Notes under the pieces: generated by a model
What the model was told of the DNA's origin: nothing
What the model saw: only the letters and a program-made list of their open reading frames with translations
Database searches by the model: none
Shown: piece after piece, positions 50,906 to 60,000 of the stretch
Position numbering within the stretch: position 1 is the stretch's first letter
How the letters are laid out: each line of letters starts with the position of its first letter
Made by a program: the position numbers and the translations under genes
Assembly: GCF_963921235.1 (NCBI RefSeq)
Contig: NC_086101.1
Location: forward strand, 11,038,001-11,098,000
From: Mobula hypostoma
Lineage: Eukaryota
Direction: 5' to 3'
DNA: 60,000 nucleotides

Positions 50906-53475
50906 TGATCACAGGATCACAGCAGGGGAGCAGTGAGAGAGAGTTTCACTGAACTCCCGTCGAAGGGAAGATTTAAACATCTTCAGGATAGGCATCCCTG
51001 TAAGAGACTTCGCAGAGTAGTAATCCAATCACAAACAAGAGAAAATCTGGAGATGCTGGAAATACGAGAACCACATACCAGGCAGCATCTATGGGAAAGA
51101 GTACAGTGAACATTTCACGCCGAAACCCTTCGGCAGGATTTTGTGCATTTTTTTTTAGCCACACAGCCGGTGTGTATATTCCAGGTGAGATCTTCAGTGA
51201 TGTGTATACTGAGGAACTTGAAACCACTCTCCCTTTCAACTGCAGTCCCATTGATGTTGATCGGGGCGAGCCTGTCTCTGTGCCTCCTGTAATCCACAAT
51301 CACCTCCCTTGTTTCTTTGGACATTGAGGGAGAGTGGTGCTCTTCAGAATCAGGTTTATTATCACTGTCTGATATGGTAGGAAATTTGTTGATTTGCAGT
51401 ACAGTGCAAAGACATAAAACACGACATAATAATACAAAAAGTGCAAAAAAAGGAATAAATAAGCAGTGGTCATGCACCGTTCAAAAATCTGATGATAGGA
51501 TGGAGGAGTGGAGTGTTTGTGGTGCTGTCTGAGATGAAGCTGTTCCTGAATCCAGTGGGGGTTGATTTATTCATAGTGACAGCTATCAGTCTGTGATGGC
51601 TGCAAGGCCGAGGGTTAGAAGGAGACGACACACGGTGGCACTGAACTTTGGGATAAAGTTTATCAGAGAAATTTCATTGCACCTCCTGCTTCTGCACTCG
51701 TTATTTGTTTGTTTGACAGAATCGTGAATTGTTACACAGTTCTTGTTTCAGTCGCTCATTGAGTCGCAGCTCTGATATTAACAGAGAAGATGTTGATGGG
51801 TCTTTGTAGAAGCTTTAAAATTAGACAGGGGATTGTTGGTTAGAGATGGGCAGGATAATGTGGGAATTCCAAAATTAAACTGTGGGAGGAGAAGATCCAT
51901 AAAAACTAACTGTTTGTGAAATCTTTTTGAATTTTCTGTAGTTCATTTTTCCATATGACATGGGGAAGGTAATCTGGCCCATGGAGTTATGCGTGCGATC
52001 CCACATCAAAGACATTGGATCCATTTTGTTGGTTATTTTCACAGGAAACTTATTCCTCTTGTGTACCAGTGAAGTCTAACCTGATTCACCAACAACCCAC
52101 TACCTAGGGTAACTTACAGCAGCCGGTTAATCTACCAATCAACACATTTTTGAGATGTGGGAGGACTGATGGGTTTCACCAGGGGAAACCCATCAGTCTG
52201 AGACTGTGCAATTCCCAACAGCCCCAGACTGAGATCAGGTTGGAACCAGCATTATTGATTGAAGTGGAGAAGCAGCACCATCACTCTTGACAATCTAGAA
52301 ATTACAAACAGTTGTCTCCCCAGGACTCACCATCCTGTTAGTCACAGTCACTCTGTGGGAAGCATCTCCAGACATTTTGAGTAGACACAGTTGTGACCAG
52401 CAGACATTGTTTGTCCACCTCAGCAGAGTCCACAGGCAGTTCCACACATGGAGTGGCTTTGGAGAGGGGATTTTCAGCAGCTTGACAAAACACTGACTCT
52501 CTGATACTTTGCTTGATCTAGTCACAGCCAAGAGACATAGCTCTGGGACAAGGCCCTTGAATCAGCAACACTGGGGTGATACTCAGTAATAGTATGGTCA
52601 ACCTTCGAACCCCACTGAATGCAGTCATGATCTGCACATTACTGATCCTTCTTCTCAAAAAGCTACACCCCTCAGAAGATCGGGCTTCCCTATTGCGGTC
52701 AAATCTGAGCCTTTTGAAAGGACATGATTCCATGTTGTTTCTTTGGAAAAGTTGTTTGTTGCATTTTGTTCCTGAATGTACGAGGGTGACTGTCTGCGAG
52801 GGTAAGGGGAACGTATATACACGAATAGGCGAGGAGGAGGAAAGGATTGGGTCTTGTTTTGCCGTTGTTGAATTTTTACTGCTGTTCTGTTGTTGTTAAG
52901 CACAAGAGATTCTGCAGATGATAGAAATCCTGTACAACACACAGAATGCTTTTCACTGGATGATTTGATGGTGTAACAAAATCACAAACAAAGGACGAAG
53001 TGAACACATGCTAAAGGTTACAGGTATTTGCTGTATTGGGGTTATATAAAGAATAAAACACAGAAAGATGAAAATAATCAATAAAGTAGTAAATGTGCAA
53101 AAAAATACTTATCAACCAGTCACTAAGCCACGTGACATGATACACTGAACTGAGGTGCACTTTCAGTAATAGACTAAGATAACTGCACTGCTCCAAAGAG
53201 CGCTAAATCAGGGCATTCTTACCCTCGACCATTAGGCTCTATAATGAGAGAAGCTACAGCCCGGAGAGTGATGACCCCCCCTCCACCCCGCCGTTAGACT
53301 GTTTGAGGTAACTTATTTTTTATTCTTTCTTACTTCTCTTCTAATATTTGTATATCTGTGCACTTGTAATGCTACTGTGACACTGAAATTTCCATTGCAA
53401 TCAATAATGTATATATCTATTGATCAATCTATCTAAGAAGGAAACCGCAAATCTCTTGCAGGCTATTCTTGTTCT

Positions 53476-53735
53476 AGCCCTCTTGCCCCCATCCCTCTCT
53501 CTCTCTCCTCACACTCTCCCCACTCTCCTTCCCCCTTCCTCCCCTCTCCTCCCTTCTCCTCCTTCTCCCCCTTCCTCCCCCTCCCCTTCCCCTTCTTCCC
53601 TCCTCCCCTCTCCCATTCCCCATCCCCTTTGCCCCTCTATCTCCACCGCTCCCCTCCTCCCGGTCTTCCCCCTTCCTCTCTTCACATCCCTGTTTTCCCC
53701 TCTCCCACCCTTCCACCTCCCCTTCCCTCCCCCAG
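53476..53735. repeat. Polypyrimidine/polypurine low-complexity tract
   Basis: About 260 bp almost entirely C and T on the plus strand. Confidence 0.9.
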
Positions 53736-53779
53736 AACACAAAGGAGATGGGAGGGAAAGGAGACTATTTGGAAGATAA

Positions 53780-54185
53780 TAGGTCTTTCAGCCCATGATA
53801 TTTCCCACCCACCTGCTGCAAAAGAAGGAATCTGACTGGAAGGGTGAATGGACCATGAGAGAAAGGGGAGGAGGAGGGGACTCAGGGGGAAGTAATAGGC
53901 AGAGGTAAAAGGTTGTGGGGAAATAGGAGGGGGGGGGTGTTCATTTATGGGAAGGAGAAATCCATATTCATGCCAAAACGTTGGAGGCTACCCAGATACA
54001 ATATAGGTGTTGCTTCTCCACCCTGAAGGTGACCTCATCATTGCACAAGAGGCGGCCATTGACTGACAAGTTGGATTGGGAATGGGAATCAGAATTAAAA
54101 TACTTGGCCACCTGGAAGTTCCGTTTGTGGTGTATGAAGTGGTGGTGCTCAGTGAAGCGGTCCCAATTTGTAACAGGTCTCTTAA
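53780..54185 (-). mobile_element. Old Penelope-like 3' fragment
   Basis: Diverged match to the GIY-YIG C-terminal DNA (ttggaggctacccagatacaatataggtgttg). Confidence 0.7.
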
Positions 54186-54419
54186 ATTTTTAAAGCAGAG
54201 TCTGATAGGTTCTTGATTCGTAAAGGAATTCAAAGGTTACAGGGAGAAGGCAGAGGAATGGTGTTGAGAAGGATAATAAATCAGCCATGATGGAATGATG
54301 AAGGTGACCCAATGGGCCAAATGCCTTTTTATCATCTCCTACTGTAATTTATATCCCACATCCTGGTTGCCCTCTCCTCCTTCCCTTCCTCCCATGGTCC
54401 ACTCTCCTCTCCTGGCAGT

Positions 54420-54875
54420 ATTTTTCTCAACAAAATAAACTTTATTCATAATAAAAATTATTTACAACAATAAGCCATTCAATGCCATTCCATTTTTTTT
54501 ACATTCATGGTCAGTGCTTTCTATGCTGTTTTATTACATTCATGCACATTAATAACACTGTTGCCACTCATGTGGCTCTCTGGGATGTTATACTAAGTAC
54601 TACAACAATTGAGGAGGCTCCTTCCCCACTCGGCCCCTCCCTCTCAATTTGGAGAAGAACCCTACAACGTGGTCCTCCCCACCGAGTCCTTGCAATGGTT
54701 GCACCAAGCTTCAGTGCGTCTCTCGGCATGTTCTCCTGCAGCCTGCTACGTGTCGTTTGGCAGCATTCCTCCATAACATCTTGATGTGATGGTAGAGCAA
54801 CAAGTTTCAGGCAGACCAGAGGGTGTCTTTCACCGAGTTAATCATTAACCAGCAGCATTTGATGTTTGTGTCCGT
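54420..54875 (-). mobile_element. Tx1-type L1-clade LINE 3' end
   Basis: ECCQTTRSRLQENMPRDALKLGATIARTRWG resembles the Tx1 ORF2 C-terminus; AATAAA and A-rich tail. Confidence 0.7.
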
Positions 54876-55624
54876 GTGTGTCTCTGGTATCTCTTCTCCA
54901 GCACTTTACCTTTCTCACCTACCAGCCTTCACCTTCTACTTAATCCTCCTTCCCCACCCATCACACCCCTCCAGCTTTTTATTCTGGTGTCTTTCCCCTT
55001 CCTTTCAAGTTCTGATGAAGGGTCTGAGCCTGAAACTTCAACGTTTCTGTAGACGTTTCCTGAATTGCTGAGCTCCTCCAGAATTTTGTGTGGGTGTTGC
55101 CCTGGCTACTCTTCAGAGGTCGTATATAGCTCCCAACCAGGTCTTTTTACCCTTGCAGTTTCTCAGTTCTATCTATGTGGATTTGACATCTTCTGATCCT
55201 TTGTCACCTCTTTCTAAGGATTTGATTTAATTATTTTACCAACAGAGCCACCCCACCGTCTCTGCCTACCTGACTGTCATTGTGATACGATGTGTAAGCT
55301 TCGATGTTAAGCTTCCAGCTATGATCTTCTTTCACCCATGACTCAGTGATGTCCACAATGATATACCTTCCAATCTCTAACTAATTTATTTATTTTTCTC
55401 TTTATTTATCTATTTAATTTAGTTACACAATTTATATATTTTTTGCACATTGGCTGTTTGTAAGTCTTTCTTAAGTTCGGAGGACCATCACCACACGGAG
55501 TCTCAGTATCTGATGAAATATTGCCATCTCAAGTGTCAGGCAGCCAATCCTTAGACATCAGCTCCCTTACTCAGACACCATCCAGATCCTGATCCCTCCA
55601 TCTTCCTGATATGCTGGAATGGTT

Positions 55625-58600
55625 TAGAACATAGAACATAGAATAGTACAGCACGGTACATGCCCTTCGGCCCACAATGTTGTGCCGACCCTCAAACACT
55701 GCCTCCTGTATAACCCTCCACCTTAAATTCCTCCATATACCTGTCTAGTAGTCTCTTAAACTTCACTAGTGTATCTGCCTCCACCACTGACTCAGGCAGT
55801 GCATTCCACGCACCAACCACTCTCTGAGTAAAAAACCTTCCTCTAATATCCCCCTTGAACTTCCCACCCCTTACCTTAAAGCCATGTCCTCTTGTATTGA
55901 GCAGTGGTGCCTTGGGGAAGAGGCACTGGCTATCCACTCTATCTATTCCTCTAATTATCTTGTACACCTCTATCATGTCTCCTCTCATCCTCCTTCTCTC
56001 CAAAGAGTAAAGCCCCAGCTCCCTTAATCTCTGATCATAATGCACATTTTCTAAACCAGGCAGCATCCTGGTAAATCTCCTCTGTACCCTTTCCAATGCT
56101 TCCACATCCTTCCTATAGTGAGGTGACCAGAACTGGACACAGTACTCCAAGTGTGGCCTAACCAGAGTTTTATAGAGCTGCATCATTACATCGCGACTCT
56201 TAAACTCTATCCCACGACTTATGAAAACTAACGCCCCATAGGCTTTCTTAACTACCCTATCCACCTGTGAGGCAACTTTCAGGGATCTGTGGACATGTAC
56301 CCCCAGATCCCTCTGCTTCTCCACACTACCAAGTATCCTGCCATTTACTTTGTACTCTGCCTTGGTCCTTCCAAAGTGTACCACTTCACACTTCTCTGGG
56401 TTGAACTCCATCTGCCACTTCTCAGCCCACTTCTGCATCCTATCAATGTCTCTGCAATGTTCGATAATTCTCTACACTATCTACAACACCACCAACGTTT
56501 GTGTTGTCTGCAAACTTGCCAACCCACCCTTCTACCCCCACATCCAGGTCGTTAATAAAAATCACGAAAAGTAGAGGTCCCAGAACATATCCTTGTGGGA
56601 CACCACCAGTCACAATCCTCCAGTCTGAATGTACTCCTTCCACCACCACCCTCTGCCTTCTGCAGGCAAGCCAATTCTGAATCCATCTGGCCAAACTTCC
56701 TTGGATCCCATGCCTTCTGACTTTCTGAATAAGCCTGCCGTGTGGAACCCTGTCAAATGTCTCACTAAAATCAATATAGATCACATCCACTGCACTACCC
56801 TCATCTATATGCCTGGTCCCCTCCTCAAAGAACACTATCAGGCTTGTTAGACACGATCTGTCCTTTACAAAGCCATGCTGACTGTCCCTGATCAGACCAT
56901 GACTCTCTAAATGCCCGTAGATCCTATCTCTAAGAATCTTTTCCACCAGCTTTCCCACCACTGACGTAAGGCTCACTGGTCTATAATTACCCGGACTATC
57001 CCTACTACCTTTTTTATACAAGGGGACAACATTCACCTCCCTCCAATCCTCCGGTACCATTCCCATGGACAACGAGGACATAAAGATCTTAGCCAGAGGC
57101 TCAGCAATCTCTTCCCTCGCCTCGTGGAGCAGCCTGGGGAATATTCCATCAGGCCCCGGGGACTTACCGTCCTAATGTATTTTAACAACTCCAAAACCTC
57201 CTCTCCCTTAATATCAACATGCTCCAGAACATCAACCTCACTCATATTGTCCTCACCATCATCAAGTTCCCTCTCATTGGTGAATACCCAAGAGAAGTAT
57301 TCATTGAGGACCTCGTTCACTTCCACGGCGTCCAGGCACATCTTCCCACCTTTATCTCTAATCAGTCCTACCTTCACTCCTGTCATCCTTTTTTTCTTCA
57401 CATAATTGAAGAATGCCTTGGGGTTTTCCTTTACCCTACTTGCCGAGGCCTTCTCATGCCCCCTTCTTGCTCTTCTCAGCCCCTCCTTAAGCTCCTTTCT
57501 TGCTTCCCTATATTCCACAATAGGCCCATCCGATCCTTGCTTCCTAAACCTCATGTATGCTGCCTTCTTTCACCTGACTAGATTTTCCACCTCACTTGTC
57601 ACCCATGGTTCCTTCACCCTACCATTCTTTATCTTCCTCACCAGGACAAATTTATCCCTAACATCCTGCAAGAGATCTCTGAACAGCGACCACATGTCCA
57701 TAGTACATTTCCCTGCAAAAACATCATCCCAATTCACACCCGCAAATTCTAGCCTTATAGCCTCATAATTTGCCCTTCCCCATTTAAAAATTTTCCTGTC
57801 CTCTCTGAGTCTATCCTTTTCCATGATAATGCTAAAGGCCAGGGAGCGGTGGTCACTGTCCCCCAGATGCTCACCCACTAAGAGATCTGTGACCTGACCC
57901 GATTGATTACCTAATACTAGATCTAGTATGGCATTCCCCCTAGTTGGCCTGTCAACATACCGTGACAGGAATCTGTCCTGGACACACTTAACAAACTCTG
58001 CCCCATCTAAATCCTTGGAACTAATCAGGTGCCAATCAATATTAGGGAAGTTAAAGTCACCCATGATAACAACCCTGTTATTTTTGCACCTTTCCAAAAT
58101 CTGCCTCCCAATCTGCTCCTCTGTATCTCTGCTGCTACCAGGGGGCCTATAGAATACCCCCAATAGAGTAACTGCTCCCTTCCTGTTCCTGACTTCCACC
58201 CATACTGACTCAAAAGAGTATCCTGCTACATTACCCACCCTTTCTGTAGCTGTAATGGTATCCCTGACCAGTAATGCCACCCCTCCTCCCCTTCCAGCAC
58301 CCCCCCATCCCTTTTAAAGCACTGAAATCCAGGAATATTGAGAATCCATTCCTGCCCTGGTGCCAGCCAAGTCTCTGTAATGGCCACTACATCATAATTC
58401 CATGTATGTATCCAAGCTCTCAGTTCATCACCCTTGTTCCTGATGCTTCTGGCATTGAGGTACACACATTTCAGCCCTTCTACCTTACTGTCTTTACACA
58501 GTTTATTCTGTTTCTCTTTCCTGAAGGCCTCTCTATATGTTAGATCTGGCTTTACTCCATGCACTTCTTTCATTGCTCTATTGCTCCGGGTCCCATCCCC

Positions 58601-58720
58601 CTTGCAAATTAGTTTAAACCCTCCCGAACCATGCTAGCAAACCTACCTGCAAGAATATTGCTCCCCATCGAGTTCAGGTGCAACCCATCCAATCTGTACA
58701 GGTCCCACCTTCCCCAGAAG
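55625..58720 (-). mobile_element. CR1 LINE (complete ORF2 region, frameshifted; ORF1 truncated)
   Basis: Colinear and highly similar to 9555-12660; APE and RT motifs; TTCTATG tail. Confidence 0.93.
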
Positions 58721-59690
58721 CTGGGTTTCAGCTTTGTCAGCTGGTTCATAGGCTGGCTTGGTCAGTGCAGCCATGGCCACGTTCTGCTGTTCCAGGGTTA
58801 CCACTTTCTCAGTTAGGGTGGCCACTTGTTCTGCTGCCCAATCCCATATGTCTTTTTCCATAGCATGGGCTTTAAGGTCACACCCTTACTCTCCCCAGGA
58901 CTGGGAAGCTCTAAGTTATTTAACAGAGAGGCTCCATAGCCTGGACGTAACTACTCCTGCTCCCCATCTCGATTCTCTGGCACGTGGAGGACAATGTTGC
59001 CACTGCTCAAAACCATGGGTGTTGTCCATATACCCGGTACCCCAGACCACACCCCACCTGTGGTACATCCTGTGGATTTTGAAATATAGCTCTCATTATG
59101 CTGATGTCAACTGTGAAATGAAAATACTTGTTTGTTGCTCTTTTCTGATTTAGCAATGAGAGGTATCCGCAAACAGAGGAGGTACTGTACACATGTTAAA
59201 AGTGAGAGAAAATTACTTTATTTGAGTTATATAAATAATAAAATACAGAAAAAAAGAAAGAATAATGGTTCAAGCAGTACAAGGGACAAAGTAATACTTA
59301 TCAACCAATCACAAAACCATGCTACACGACACACTGTCAGAGGGAACCAAAGATGCTCGACAGCTTTCCCTCAGTCTCCACCTCTCTTTCTTTTGCTCTA
59401 TCTCTGTCCTTGTCTCTATTCCCAAGTCTCAGCAATGGTCATGGCCCAGCCTGAGAGAAAATTCCCTTGTGCCCCTTTTTATATCCTTTCAGATCCCTTC
59501 AAAAATCTATCACCATATTTTCCCTCATACTTTCCCAGACAAATGGGTTTTCCATCATTTTCTGCTCTCAAGACAATGCACTGGTGCTCACACAAAGTTC
59601 TTGGAACATGGCTTTGAACTGGTTCCTTTGTACTTTCCCAACATATTCTCAAATCCCAGGCTAACACCATTTTGTCTTATTTGTGATACA
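58721..59690 (-). mobile_element. LTR (59112-59690) plus PBS-like site and gag-like start of an LTR element or endogenous retrovirus
   Basis: Minus strand TGTATCAC...TTTCACA; GATATAAAAA at ~59476-59485; AATAAA at ~59217-59222; then GTTGACATCAGC and a broken frame with HPW and a coiled-coil-like segment. Confidence 0.6.
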
Positions 59691-60000
59691 CATATTAACA
59701 TATACTCAAAGAAGAATCACATTTAAATCTTTCATTACAGATGTATAGGTGATAAATAGGTGAATCTGAATCCAATTGTTCCTGGTTGATTTTGCACGGC
59801 GATTGAGCAATCTGCATTTATATGGCCTTAACAACACGTACATTGGACTTTGCGGTCAGAGAACAACATAGTCAAGGCCCAGGGCTGTGTTCTCACTGCA
59901 GCTGCGTTGGTGCTGCTAAACTTGTGCTAAATACATTGTGAGGTGTGTGACCTATTACAAGTAATCGTGATATTTCCTGACCCCAATGAACGCTCTATTT

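Overview
Vertebrate genomic DNA, most likely an elasmobranch (shark or ray), inferred from an HE1-type V-SINE and the CR1/Penelope/L1/Rex repeat content. Most of the window is transposable-element sequence, often nested, and almost all listed ORFs are fragments of it. The one host gene I can support is a minus-strand butyrophilin/MOG/B7-family gene. It has a 348-nt phase 1-1 IgV exon (2242-2589) and an in-frame signal-peptide exon (ATG at 16194, donor after 16137). A probable non-coding first exon with a CpG-rich promoter carrying IRF-like motifs lies near 41.7 kb. The gene continues off the left edge. Other notable structure: minimal hammerhead ribozymes in the Penelope-like copies (several in the sense orientation of the gene's introns), a non-autonomous Helitron at an A|T site, a 16.5-kb four-level nested insertion, a twin-primed Penelope copy, a full-length L1 with a 12-bp TSD, a solo LTR with a 5-bp TSD, and an LTR plus gag fragment resembling class III (ERV-L-like) retroviruses. 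Repeat boundaries were read by eye and are approximate unless a TSD or terminal motif is quoted.
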